DNA of 64,000 bases from a virus: the IMG/VR virus record IMGVR_UViG_3300025141_000036, positions 1 to 64,000 of that record; one strand, 5' to 3'. Under the pieces are notes generated by a model. The model saw only the letters and a list, made by a program, of their open reading frames with translations. It did no database searches and was not told where the DNA came from. Positions 48,175 to 57,738 of the stretch are shown one piece after another (position 1 is the first letter of the stretch; every line of letters begins with the position of its first letter). The translations under genes were made by a program, and so were the position numbers.

Positions 48175-49329
48175 TTATGTTTCTCCTCCACCAACATCTT
48201 GTGGTGATTTTTTAATGATCCCTTTGAGGTCTATCCATTCGAAATGCCATGGTTCATCGGGACCTTTCGCTCCTTCTAAAGCCCACGGTGGGTTATGAAA
48301 ACCAAATCTTGGAGCATGCTCTTTCATCCATTTGTAAGTAGCCGATCGGTATCTTTTGGATCCATATACTTTTTTACCTTTGAGGTTGCAAACTTTCCAG
48401 TCAATGGCCAAACCCCATCCGTGTCGGGATCTGCCTGGGGTGGCTGCATATTCTGAAGTTCCAGCTTTTATGTTTCTTATTTTAGTGGAAACTTGCCTGT
48501 CGTAACTTCTGACTCCACTCGCAGTTCCTGCTATGGAAATTTGAAATCCGAAATGTGCATTGAATGCATCTTCTATCTGGTTCCAACTAGGGATTATGTC
48601 TTTCACAACTATTGTTCCTTGATTAGTCACACCCAATAATTCTTGTGGAAATGAGCCATTATAAACTGGCTTATTGTGCCAACCGGAGACGTTGCCTACA
48701 TAATATCTCTTCAGAGGCGCAGGAAACCCAGAGTGTCCCGTAGTTCTAACGGAATCGGATCCGTTTGGTGCATTCGGAATGTTTGAGAGATCCGGGGTCC
48801 CTGAGTTGTAAAATTGCCCCATAGTTTCTTGATCCCAACTGTTTGCAAACGTTTGGAATAGACTATCCTTTTCTCTAAGGTTCAAAAATTTCTTAGAGAG
48901 GCCCACTCTTTGCATTAAGACTATGGAATTTTTCTTTCCTTCTGAATGGTATCTAGCAGACCAGATTTCCCCTTCTTGAGGGCTCCTTCCAGCCTCTTGC
49001 ATTACAAATCCAATTGGGTGCATATTTATTAATTTCTTTGTCATTTGAACATCGGGTTCACTAAAAGGATCGGGGAATTCTAAATCATCGTTGATATAAC
49101 TCCTCACTCTACTAAAGAAATACGCAGGCTCTTGAGGATTATTAGTAGCTGGGTTTCCATGAGCAGATCCTCGAAATGGATTACTGCTTTTTTCTCCAGA
49201 CAAAACCACCACTTGAAATATCTTTGGTTCTTTTCTTTGATTATGTTTTACCACCGCATGTTGCAAGTTTTGGCGATGTAGGTTGATTTTTTCAACTGCA
49301 CCCATAAGAATAGCAGGAACTTCTATCAT
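48175..49329 (-). CDS. Shared N-terminal domain + M15/VanY-type Zn peptidase (D-Ala-D-Ala carboxypeptidase/endopeptidase)
   Basis: SGVRSYDRQ, ATPGRSRHGWGLAID (SxHxxGxAxD), EPWHFEW. Confidence 0.82.
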   Translation of the reverse strand: MIEVPAILMGAVEKINLHRQNLQHAVVKHNQRKEPKIFQVVVLSGEKSSNPFRGSAHGNPATNNPQEPAYFFSRVRSYINDDLEFPDPFSEPDVQMTKKLINMHPIGFVMQEAGRSPQEGEIWSARYHSEGKKNSIVLMQRVGLSKKFLNLREKDSLFQTFANSWDQETMGQFYNSGTPDLSNIPNAPNGSDSVRTTGHSGFPAPLKRYYVGNVSGWHNKPVYNGSFPQELLGVTNQGTIVVKDIIPSWNQIEDAFNAHFGFQISIAGTASGVRSYDRQVSTKIRNIKAGTSEYAATPGRSRHGWGLAIDWKVCNLKGKKVYGSKRYRSATYKWMKEHAPRFGFHNPPWALEGAKGPDEPWHFEWIDLKGIIKKSPQDVGGGET

Positions 49330-49334
49330 TTTCT

Positions 49335-50666
49335 TTACCCCTTGGCTAAATCACGTATTGCTATAGCACGTGGGCTTTTATCGATTGCAGCCCTGACTTG
49401 ATTAATGGCATTCATTGATCTGTCGGCGTCTGCTTTATTTACAGCCCCTTGCTTGTTAACACCAACACCACCATAATATTTAACATAAGCAGGGATCCAC
49501 TTTCCTTTTCTATATGCCCCTTTTTGTAATCTTATTGATGCAAACTCATAAGCCAAATCGTTTCCGGCTGACTTTGGGCTTACGCTGTCTCCAAATAAAT
49601 AGCGGCCGAGTGTTTTTCTCTTCATCGAAACCAAGTAAATGCCTAAAGCATTTTGATTTAATTTATTAAATTGATCACCTGTGTTCAAACCCTGGATTCT
49701 ACTGACAGCACTTTTGAAAGTTTTGGGAATTATCTGGTAGCCTCCGGTGGCAAAAAGACGTCCATTTCCTGCTGTTATGACTTTTGCGCCTTTTGATTGT
49801 CCAGCTCTGACTTGAGCAATTGACCATTGTGATAATGGTCCCCAGCCAGTTCCAATGTAATTAGTGTTGCCTATATAACCAGGCTTTCCATATCGGGAAT
49901 AGTAATTAAAAGCATCGTACTGTTCACCATTAAAGTGTTTGGTTGCACAACCTTCTCTAGAGCACTCGTGTTGTCTTATGTTGTTTAACAGTGGTTCAAA
50001 GATCCCCATACCTGCTAGTTCTTTTAATTGAGCCCACGTGAAGTTTAAACGACCTTTGATTTTTGTCCCTTGAGAGACTCTTACATTTACAACTGGTTCT
50101 GTGATCTCACCATTGGGCCCTACTTGTGCAACATCGCCGATGATGACAGGGCTATGCCTGAGATTTTCCCAAACATTTGCTGCTTGTTGGTATAAACTAT
50201 CCTTCTCTTTAAGATTTAAGAACCCTTTATCTACCCCCACTCTATTAATAAGAATTATCCCTTTTCTATCTTTTGTTAAATAACGACAAGTCCAGATATC
50301 CCCTTCTTTGGGGACAAGGCCCGTTGATTTCTCCAAGACACCGATCGGGTGCATATTAGCCAACTTCTTTGTCATCTTCACATCTGGTTCTTTAAACGGA
50401 TCCGGCGTGGTTAATTCATCTATATCTTTTCTTCTTATTCTCGCGAAATAATATGAAGGCTCTTGAGGGTTATTAGTAGCGAGATTACCATGGGCAGTGC
50501 CTACGTGAGGGTTATTAGAATTAGTTTCACCGCCTGATAAAACCACCGCTTCGAAGATTTCAGGTAACACATTAGAGAATGTTTTACTTATAAAACCGAA
50601 TTCTCTTTCTCTTTTGAGAGAAATGCGATTTAAAGCAGTCATAATGTTGGCGGGGACATCTATCAT
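49335..50666 (-). CDS. Shared N-terminal domain + lysozyme-like (lambda-type/GH104-like) domain
   Basis: IRQHE...YDAFN, ATGGYQIIPKTF, FNKLNQNALG, LAYEFAS. Confidence 0.72.
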   Translation of the reverse strand: MIDVPANIMTALNRISLKREREFGFISKTFSNVLPEIFEAVVLSGGETNSNNPHVGTAHGNLATNNPQEPSYYFARIRRKDIDELTTPDPFKEPDVKMTKKLANMHPIGVLEKSTGLVPKEGDIWTCRYLTKDRKGIILINRVGVDKGFLNLKEKDSLYQQAANVWENLRHSPVIIGDVAQVGPNGEITEPVVNVRVSQGTKIKGRLNFTWAQLKELAGMGIFEPLLNNIRQHECSREGCATKHFNGEQYDAFNYYSRYGKPGYIGNTNYIGTGWGPLSQWSIAQVRAGQSKGAKVITAGNGRLFATGGYQIIPKTFKSAVSRIQGLNTGDQFNKLNQNALGIYLVSMKRKTLGRYLFGDSVSPKSAGNDLAYEFASIRLQKGAYRKGKWIPAYVKYYGGVGVNKQGAVNKADADRSMNAINQVRAAIDKSPRAIAIRDLAKG

Positions 50667-51910
50667 GATGGAAAAACCCTATCGACTGCGTCTGCTCTTT
50701 TTTTGCGGTGGCTTGGATCATGACTATTATTAACATAATCAGCTAAAGATTCGTTTGGAGTTCTTTTACCGTTTGAAGAGTGCTTATCTACACCCCCAGA
50801 GCCTGCTGAGTTTCTGATTCCTGCTATTATTGCAAGATTTCTATTAGTTTTAGGCCAACCATAGCCTGCTAGTTGTGCTTCGGATGTATCTGCATATTTT
50901 CTTTTCCATACCGCTCTCTGTATGTCTCTGGTTTTGGGGTGTTGAACAAAACTTTCCCAACCTTTTCTCCACCAAGGGTGTTTATAATAACAAGGGTTTC
51001 CTTTTGACTTCTTTGTACAAGTCTTGTTGAAAGCCTTAAGTGCGGAAGAAGATTTGCCGAACCAAGTTACAATGATCTCCTCCCCTAGCAGCTCAACTGC
51101 TTTATCCACTAGCGGATTCAAAGTTTCTCGCTGCCAGTGGGCTATACCTATAATGCCTCTACCATCTACAGGGCAAACCTCATCATACCGTTTTCCCCAT
51201 TTACACTTTTTGTCTCCTTTTATACCAGCGTCCAGTGCAATAATAGATTCTAAAGTAATAATCCACCAGTCTGGAGTGTATTGTCCCGGGGCCGTCGGCT
51301 TTGATTGGTAATAGACAACATTAGGGTTTGTGGGACCTTTATTTTTTGGGGCTTGATATTGTTGCTGGGGCTGTTGATAACCTGAACCTATCAATTGTGG
51401 TTGATTGCTGGACCATTCTGCTGCGGATGTTTGATACATGCTGTCTTTTGTGGTCAAAGATAAAAACCCCTTATCAACATCTACTCTGTTAATCAAAAGA
51501 ATAGTGGCCTTATCGGGCCCCAGAAACCTACAACTCCATATATCTCCCTCCTTGGGGATTACATTCGCTTTATTATTCAATAAAACTCCCAGAGTGTGCA
51601 TCACAGCTAGCTGTTGTGCCATTTGTTTGTTGGATTCTAGGAACGGGTCTGGTTTATTTTCTTGTAATGCTGCCACCTTGCGACACCTAACAAAATGATA
51701 GTTTTGTTCCTGGGGATTATTATTCGCGGGATTACCATAGGCAGTGCCGATATTAACATTATTGCTTTTAAAACTAGCAGCAACCACAACAGCATTAAAA
51801 ATTTCCCCTTCTTTGTTGTAATAATCTCTGGCTATCGTTTCGAAACTTTGTTCATTAGTCAAAGAGATTCTATCTAGCATCGAATGGATTGAAGCTGGAA
51901 CCTCGATCAT
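50663..51910 (-). CDS. Shared N-terminal domain + divergent putative lysozyme-like domain
   Basis: N-terminal ~170 aa paralogous to the two downstream genes; C-terminal DGRGIIGIAHWQ resembles lysozyme-fold G-x-x-Q/HW motifs (weak). Confidence 0.5.
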   Translation of the reverse strand: MIEVPASIHSMLDRISLTNEQSFETIARDYYNKEGEIFNAVVVAASFKSNNVNIGTAYGNPANNNPQEQNYHFVRCRKVAALQENKPDPFLESNKQMAQQLAVMHTLGVLLNNKANVIPKEGDIWSCRFLGPDKATILLINRVDVDKGFLSLTTKDSMYQTSAAEWSSNQPQLIGSGYQQPQQQYQAPKNKGPTNPNVVYYQSKPTAPGQYTPDWWIITLESIIALDAGIKGDKKCKWGKRYDEVCPVDGRGIIGIAHWQRETLNPLVDKAVELLGEEIIVTWFGKSSSALKAFNKTCTKKSKGNPCYYKHPWWRKGWESFVQHPKTRDIQRAVWKRKYADTSEAQLAGYGWPKTNRNLAIIAGIRNSAGSGGVDKHSSNGKRTPNESLADYVNNSHDPSHRKKRADAVDRVFPS

Positions 51911-52197
51911 TTTTCATCTTCCTCTGATTTTTGAATTTGGTCGAAAATTTGTGCGAAATCTTTTTCCGATAGCTCATCTGATGATTCTTGCTTGGTCATT
52001 AGGCCACAAAGCTTAACCAATTGTTCGTTCGACCGCTGTAATGTTTCTACATATTTTGCTAGTGTCATTCCAATAGTTTGATGTCTTGCGTCGTCAACAG
52101 CAAGCCACTTAATGGCATCATCGAGCAATTCTCTCGTTATTTCCCTATCATCTTCAAGGTTTTTAATAGCTTTTTCAATGTGTTTTTTACTTTTCAT
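51907..52197 (-). CDS. Small helical hypothetical protein (96 aa)
   Basis: Intact coupled ORF; coiled-coil character (AKYVETLQRSNEQLVKL). Confidence 0.65.
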   Translation of the reverse strand: MKSKKHIEKAIKNLEDDREITRELLDDAIKWLAVDDARHQTIGMTLAKYVETLQRSNEQLVKLCGLMTKQESSDELSEKDFAQIFDQIQKSEEDEK

Positions 52198-52216
52198 ATA
52201 AATAATTAGATTTTAT

Positions 52217-52909
52217 TCAAATTTTCCCGTCATCCCAGTCTTTTTTAAAGTCCTTATATCTACTTCTCATTTTATTAAGATGTGTCACAACCTGTTTAGT
52301 GTTCATCCCAGTAAGCTCCCGTAAATAAAGATAGATGGCTTTTTTATTGAAAATTTCAATGTCGTCTACTGACGATAAAATTATTTTTACCGCTTCGTAA
52401 ACTTTTTTCTCACCTTCTTTTTCGTAATCAACCTCCCAGGAATTAATCTCACCCCATAGGTTTTCCCAAAACTCTTTTGTCGATCTTTCTTGATAATAAT
52501 GATCTCCGGGATCAACAAAAGAAGTCTCCAGTTCTAATTCTGCATTTTCATATGGTACTTCTCTTTGGAGTCTTTTTGTGTTCTTTTTTACTTTATGTAT
52601 AAACCAATTTTTAGTTATCACACTAAAATAAGAAAAAGCCTTTGATCCACGATTTGGATCATATTTGTCTAAAATGGTGGTGAGCCAAACTTTGCACTCC
52701 ATCCTAAGTTCATCAATGTTTGGCAAGTTTGTAAACTTATAGGAAAATACAATCTTATCAACCATCTGATTAAACGCTGGTTGTATCCATTTTATGTATA
52801 GCTGTTCTTTTTCTGCATGATCATCGCTGTTGCAAAAATCAAGAATTGCCTGTTCGTGTTCCTGCGTAAAATACATTTTGCTCTTTGCTTTCTTCTTCAC
52901 TTTTCTCAT
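52217..52909 (-). CDS. Phage RNA polymerase sigma factor, T4 gp55-like (late transcription)
   Basis: MYFTQEHE start region and sigma region-2-like LDKYDPNRGSKAFSYFSVITKNWFI; GGAGGAG SD. Confidence 0.72.
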   Translation of the reverse strand: MRKVKKKAKSKMYFTQEHEQAILDFCNSDDHAEKEQLYIKWIQPAFNQMVDKIVFSYKFTNLPNIDELRMECKVWLTTILDKYDPNRGSKAFSYFSVITKNWFIHKVKKNTKRLQREVPYENAELELETSFVDPGDHYYQERSTKEFWENLWGEINSWEVDYEKEGEKKVYEAVKIILSSVDDIEIFNKKAIYLYLRELTGMNTKQVVTHLNKMRSRYKDFKKDWDDGKI

Positions 52910-53225
52910 TTATCTCCTCCATTTCTAAAACATCTAGGGGTTCGGTTATATCTACAATGTCACCATATTCATCATCCATTAGGGCAATAAGCGCCCTAGT
53001 GTGTTCTAGTAGGTGCTGTAGGGTCTCATCTCCATAAAAGGTGTCTAGAGAGTAAACTTTTTTTAAGTGGTTTTTGTAGGCGGCCAAAAGTTCTATCAAA
53101 TCACCTAAGTTCTGTGAAACATAAGACAATCTTTGTGACTGCTCTCTTGCAAACCAGATCAAAAAACAATTAAGGGTAAAAGACACACAAAGTGCTAACC
53201 CTAGCCATATTTCAATTGTCATCAT
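52839..53225 (-). CDS. Membrane-anchored hypothetical protein
   Basis: N-terminal TM IWLGLALCVSFTLNCFLIWF. Confidence 0.62.
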   Translation of the reverse strand: MMTIEIWLGLALCVSFTLNCFLIWFAREQSQRLSYVSQNLGDLIELLAAYKNHLKKVYSLDTFYGDETLQHLLEHTRALIALMDDEYGDIVDITEPLDVLEMEEINEKSEEESKEQNVFYAGTRTGNS

Positions 53226-53472
53226 AATAATTCTCTCTTACGTTACGTTTCATATCTTCTAGGAGGGCTCTGTTGTCCTCTATAGCCGCTTTTGTTGCGT
53301 CCCCTACCTTACCACTCCTTGGTTTACCAGAACTCTTGAGAAAAGGCATTTGCGGCACTCTATGAGGGTCTTCGGATGAGCAATGAATACATTTGTCTAT
53401 TTCCTCTGACATCCCATGGTATACCTCAAAGCACTCTTCGCAAGAGTTACATTTGTAAACATACTTTGGCAT
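53212..53472 (-). CDS. FmdB-family zinc-ribbon protein
   Basis: MPKYVYKCNSC...FE...CIHC. Confidence 0.82.
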   Translation of the reverse strand: MPKYVYKCNSCEECFEVYHGMSEEIDKCIHCSSEDPHRVPQMPFLKSSGKPRSGKVGDATKAAIEDNRALLEDMKRNVRENYYDDN

Positions 53473-53675
53473 TATTGAACGCTCGTTTCGATTGTTCCAC
53501 CTTCTGGTGACGGGGCTTGCACCACTGGAGGGTTTATAACCACCAGTTGGTCAGAATCATCGATTTGTATTTCAAAACCAGTTAAGGTTGGGACGATGTC
53601 TGTTTGTTCCATTAGTGATTTCTGAAGCGCCATCATAATGGCACCTACTGCTTGATTAGATAATTTATAGTTCAT
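53472..53675 (-). CDS. Hypothetical protein (67 aa)
   Basis: GGAG SD; TAATG coupling to the next gene. Confidence 0.65.
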   Translation of the reverse strand: MNYKLSNQAVGAIMMALQKSLMEQTDIVPTLTGFEIQIDDSDQLVVINPPVVQAPSPEGGTIETSVQ

Positions 53676-54513
53676 TTATAATCTCCTTAATATAATCTTC
53701 TAACTTGTATTTAGGCTCCCAGCCTAAAATTTTCTGTGTGTTTTTAATATCTGCCTTTGTTTCTTGGGCTTCTCCTCTTCTTTTTGGAAGAGTAACTTTT
53801 TCACTTTCGAATAGATCTACAATCTCATTGATTGAATAATTAATTCCCGTTCCAAAATTAAAAATCTCTCCTTGCCAAACAGCTTCGGCTAGTTGAATTA
53901 ACCCATCACATATATCGGATACGTGTGTAAAATCTCTTCTCTGTTTTCCATCTCCAACTACCGTTAGGGGTAATCCTTTGGATTTCAACTCTTCAAATTT
54001 CGCTATAATTGGGGTGAACTCTCCAATAAGTGGATTTCGTGGACCGTAAACATTAAAAAATCGAGCGGTCACTGTTGAAACCCCAAACACTTTTGAATAC
54101 ATTTCACACATCTCTTCACCTAATTTTTTACTAAAGGTATATGGGTTTTTTAGCTTACCCCCGTAACATGATGACGATCCAGCGTAAACCACTTTACAAT
54201 CTCTGGTTCTTGCATAATCGCAAACAACTGATGTACCTAAAACATTACTTTTTTGCCACAAATGAGGATTTTGAAAACTAGGCTGGATTCTGGCCTCTGC
54301 TGCTAAATGGAAGATAACGTCTACATCTTCGCAAAACACGGATGATAGTAGACCAATGTCATCATAATAATATTCTTTCACAGAATCATTCTTCCACAAA
54401 TAACTTCCAGATGACATATCGTCAATAACATAGACAGTCCAGCCTTTTTCGACTAAGCGATCAACCAAGTTGCTTCCCACGAAGCCTAAGCCACCAGTAA
54501 CTAATGCTCTCAT
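53665..54513 (-). CDS. NAD-dependent nucleotide-sugar epimerase/dehydratase (extended SDR)
   Basis: LVTGGLGFVG, HLAA, YTFSK (YxxxK), RFFNVYGP, RRDFTHVSD. Start reassigned to 54513. Confidence 0.92.
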   Translation of the reverse strand: MRALVTGGLGFVGSNLVDRLVEKGWTVYVIDDMSSGSYLWKNDSVKEYYYDDIGLLSSVFCEDVDVIFHLAAEARIQPSFQNPHLWQKSNVLGTSVVCDYARTRDCKVVYAGSSSCYGGKLKNPYTFSKKLGEEMCEMYSKVFGVSTVTARFFNVYGPRNPLIGEFTPIIAKFEELKSKGLPLTVVGDGKQRRDFTHVSDICDGLIQLAEAVWQGEIFNFGTGINYSINEIVDLFESEKVTLPKRRGEAQETKADIKNTQKILGWEPKYKLEDYIKEIINEL

Positions 54514-55361
54514 TTGTCCCCCTCGTCTTTCGACACAGCACCTTCGATTTTCAACCAATCATGGTTCTCTCTAACTTCAATATTCTTTTTCCATGCAGCC
54601 TCCATGACTGCCGGATCAACCCCCAATTCTTTTGCTTTAACGATCATAGCGTTGATATCCTTTGGGAAACATTTTCCCCCAAATCCCGGAGAACCATCAT
54701 GGCCCGGAACATCGATGTGTGAATTACCTATACGTCCATCTGTTATAAATCCTTCAATTGCTTGATCCCAATTGGCCCCTGCAGCGTCACAAATTTGCTT
54801 CATTTCATTCATAAACGAGATCTTCGTGGAGAAGAAACAATTAGCCATGTATTTAATCAACTCGGCGGTTTCAAAATCAGTTTTGATGATCTTAGTATAA
54901 GGAAACCGTAATCGATATAATTTTTCGACCTCTGTGGTATAAAGGATATTCCCTCCTAACACAATTCTAGAGGTGTTTATAAAATCTAATTTTGCTCGCC
55001 TTTCTGTCAAAAACTCAGGATTGAAAACGAATGCCATCTGAGGAAACTTTTCGCTAAGTTCTTGGCTTGTTCCCGGAACAATTGTTGATTTTAAAACAAA
55101 TATATTATCGCGGTAATCTATCCCCAGATCATCAATCGATTTTAGGACTCCTTCAATTATTGAAAGATCACATTTTCCATCTTTATTCATAGGAGTTGGA
55201 AGAGACAAAAAAATAATTTTTGCTTCCTCGAGCATTTCTTTTAGTGTGCTTATTGATCGATTTGGGTCCTTATCATAGATTAATATATCATCGGTGTGCA
55301 AAACAAACCCATGAACGATAGCTGACCCTACAAATCCATTCCCAATAATTCCAATTTTCAT
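54510..55361 (-). CDS. UDP-glucose/GDP-mannose dehydrogenase family protein (short form)
   Basis: IGIIGNGFVG, LPTP, KSTIVPG, NPEFL, AELIKY..N, GFGGKCFPKD. Confidence 0.9.
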   Translation of the reverse strand: MKIGIIGNGFVGSAIVHGFVLHTDDILIYDKDPNRSISTLKEMLEEAKIIFLSLPTPMNKDGKCDLSIIEGVLKSIDDLGIDYRDNIFVLKSTIVPGTSQELSEKFPQMAFVFNPEFLTERRAKLDFINTSRIVLGGNILYTTEVEKLYRLRFPYTKIIKTDFETAELIKYMANCFFSTKISFMNEMKQICDAAGANWDQAIEGFITDGRIGNSHIDVPGHDGSPGFGGKCFPKDINAMIVKAKELGVDPAVMEAAWKKNIEVRENHDWLKIEGAVSKDEGDK

Positions 55362-55380
55362 ATTTCACCTCTGGTTAAAA

Positions 55381-56151
55381 TCATGAATGTACTCCTCTTT
55401 TGCTCGGGTCAATATTATATTTCTTAAAAATAATTTCCAACTCATTCTTATAAATGTCCATAGCCCACATTGATGGGAGCCCATAAGATCCCCCGTGAAG
55501 GGCTGTGGATATATAAGGAAAAACACTTGAATCATGATGCAGTCTTCCTCTTTTCGGCTCCTCATTAAAGATATAACAACCTGTTATCCCAAGGGCCAAA
55601 CATGCATAAGTGCCCAGTCGTTCTGCCTCGAGAATGTTCTTTGGTTTGTAAGAATTCATCAATTGCTGAAGTCTTTTTCTTTTCCAAAGAGTTGTTTGGC
55701 AAGAAAAAATATATGGATGTGAGTAGGTTCCAGCTGGCTCTCCTCCGGTTTGAGGGATCTCATATATATTTAAGTCATTATGAATTTTCTTGCCGCCCTC
55801 TACTCCTGATTTCATAAATCTTAGAAAGTCATAATTTGAATCGATTAAAAAATTATTTAAATTCTCTATATTTTCCTTCTTAACGTCACCATATAAAAGA
55901 TGGTCTTCGTGGGAATAGATTATATTATCCTCTTCAATGTGATCTAATGATTCCACCAGCCTTTTGTAAAATGGGTCGTCTTCTTTGTTATAAACCACAT
56001 CGCAAAAATTAGGCTCATATTCTTCATTTTGATTTATAATGAGAGTGTGCTTTAAAAAGCCAGCATGTTGTTTAAATTGACCGTAATAGGCATCCCAAAC
56101 ATCGTTGTATGTAGAATGAGTCCAAGTTGCAACTCTAAGATTTTTTATCAT
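55381..56151 (-). CDS. Putative glycosyltransferase (GT-A-like)
   Basis: IIYSHEDHLL acidic motif after a beta-strand, FSCQTTLW; cluster context. Confidence 0.5.
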   Translation of the reverse strand: MIKNLRVATWTHSTYNDVWDAYYGQFKQHAGFLKHTLIINQNEEYEPNFCDVVYNKEDDPFYKRLVESLDHIEEDNIIYSHEDHLLYGDVKKENIENLNNFLIDSNYDFLRFMKSGVEGGKKIHNDLNIYEIPQTGGEPAGTYSHPYIFSCQTTLWKRKRLQQLMNSYKPKNILEAERLGTYACLALGITGCYIFNEEPKRGRLHHDSSVFPYISTALHGGSYGLPSMWAMDIYKNELEIIFKKYNIDPSKRGVHS

Positions 56152-56825
56152 ATTAAGATTTCCTCTAAATTTTTTTTCACATATTCCATGGGAAACTTAA
56201 TCCCCGTGTACATATGGAATTGTTTGGATGCTTGGAGTAAAGAAAGTTCTTTTCCTGTTTGAGTATTAATCAAGCAATCTATAAAACACACATTGGGGTT
56301 TACAGTTATATTTTCAACAGGAGTGCAATTAAAAATAAGACCAGAATCAATATTTCCAATCTCTTCCCAGTTGTTCCTAGTTATTATTTTAACTTCATCG
56401 AACAATTTTTTTGCCGAGAACTGTGCTGCTTTAGAAAAACCACCAGAACCTAATATATATATAATATCTCTGTGTTTTATTTTACTCAAAACAGTGTATG
56501 TCGAATAAGCGTCGGTGTTATATGCTGTCAATACTCCGTCATCATTTATGATTGTATTACAGGAACCAATCACCCCAACTTCTTCTGATATCTTATCAAC
56601 AAAATTGATTGCACTTATTTTATAAGGCATTGTAACTCCGCAGCCCCTAATCCCGAACGCTTTAATTCCTTTTATGGCACTATTAAGTTCTGATTTTTTG
56701 ACAGAAAAAGATTTATAAATAAAATCACATCCCACTTTTTTGAACGCTGCGTTGTGAATAGAGCACCCAAAGTTTCCTGCCGATTCTGCTATTGATATGC
56801 AGACTTTAGTATTTTTATTTATCAT
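56148..56825 (-). CDS. Shikimate dehydrogenase-like oxidoreductase
   Basis: HNAAF, GVTMPYK, NTI, NTD, ILGSGG, NCTP. Confidence 0.85.
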   Translation of the reverse strand: MINKNTKVCISIAESAGNFGCSIHNAAFKKVGCDFIYKSFSVKKSELNSAIKGIKAFGIRGCGVTMPYKISAINFVDKISEEVGVIGSCNTIINDDGVLTAYNTDAYSTYTVLSKIKHRDIIYILGSGGFSKAAQFSAKKLFDEVKIITRNNWEEIGNIDSGLIFNCTPVENITVNPNVCFIDCLINTQTGKELSLLQASKQFHMYTGIKFPMEYVKKNLEEILI

Positions 56826-57738
56826 TAAGAATCGTCTCCGTCATTTTTTCTGATGTTAATCCATATTTGTTCCACAAATCCATTGGAGGAGCAGACTCGG
56901 GAAACACATCATTCAACCCAATTCTCAACAGTCGTGCGGGATGGTTTTCACATAAAACCTCTGCTACTATAGAACCTAGACCGCCAACTATAGAATGATC
57001 TTCTATTGTAACAATTTTTTTAGTTTCCTTGGCGGCTTTGATTATAATTTCTTTATCAACGGGCTTTAAGGTCGGAAGATTTATAACTCGACATGAAATC
57101 CCTTGATCTTCAAGGTTTTCCGCTGTCTTTAAAGCTTCCGAAAGGATGCAACCGCTACTTATTAAAGTAATGTCATTTCCCGGTAAAAGCTGGTTTCCTT
57201 TTCCAAACTGAAATCTATAATTTTCTGAGAGGTGTTCTTCTACAGGTTGCCTTCCTATTCTTAAATAAACCGGATTTTTTAAATCTGTCTCTACTAGATA
57301 TTTTGTTATTTCACGAGCCTCAATAGGAGTTGCAGGTTGCAAAACAACCATTCCAGGAATAGACCTCATCAAACTTACATCCTCGAGACCCATTTGGGTC
57401 ACTCCATCCTTTCCAATGGCCAAACCAGCATGAGTGCCCACTAAAATTACAGGAGCCTCAGAATAACCTATAGAGACCCTTATAACATCATACTTCCCTG
57501 TAAGGAAAGAAGCAAAAGATGCCATAAAGACTTTGTAGCCATATTCTGACATACCTGATGCTATTCCAATCATATTACATTCAGCTATTCCACATTCGAA
57601 AAATCTATCAGGGTATGCTTCATGAAATTTTGAAAGCCTTGTCGCTTTTGACAAATCAGCACTCAAAGCTATAACATCTTTTCTGTCTCTGGCTGATTCT
57701 ACTAGTTGTTTGCCGAAGGCATCTCTTGTTGCTAACAT
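56815..57738 (-). CDS. Transketolase, C-terminal (pyrimidine-binding) subunit
   Basis: TRDAFG, SADL, GIAE, GKDGVTQMGLED, EDHSIVGGLG. Confidence 0.92.
   Translation of the reverse strand: MLATRDAFGKQLVESARDRKDVIALSADLSKATRLSKFHEAYPDRFFECGIAECNMIGIASGMSEYGYKVFMASFASFLTGKYDVIRVSIGYSEAPVILVGTHAGLAIGKDGVTQMGLEDVSLMRSIPGMVVLQPATPIEAREITKYLVETDLKNPVYLRIGRQPVEEHLSENYRFQFGKGNQLLPGNDITLISSGCILSEALKTAENLEDQGISCRVINLPTLKPVDKEIIIKAAKETKKIVTIEDHSIVGGLGSIVAEVLCENHPARLLRIGLNDVFPESAPPMDLWNKYGLTSEKMTETILNDK

Noticed and set aside
48175-51910. Diversity-generating retroelement behind the paralogous hydrolase genes
   Set aside because: No reverse transcriptase in the window, and the shared regions differ at all base types rather than only at adenines.
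51907-52197. 96-aa helical protein as terminase small subunit
   Set aside because: Only a generic coiled-coil resemblance, and it is 50 kb from terL; cannot be supported without a profile search.
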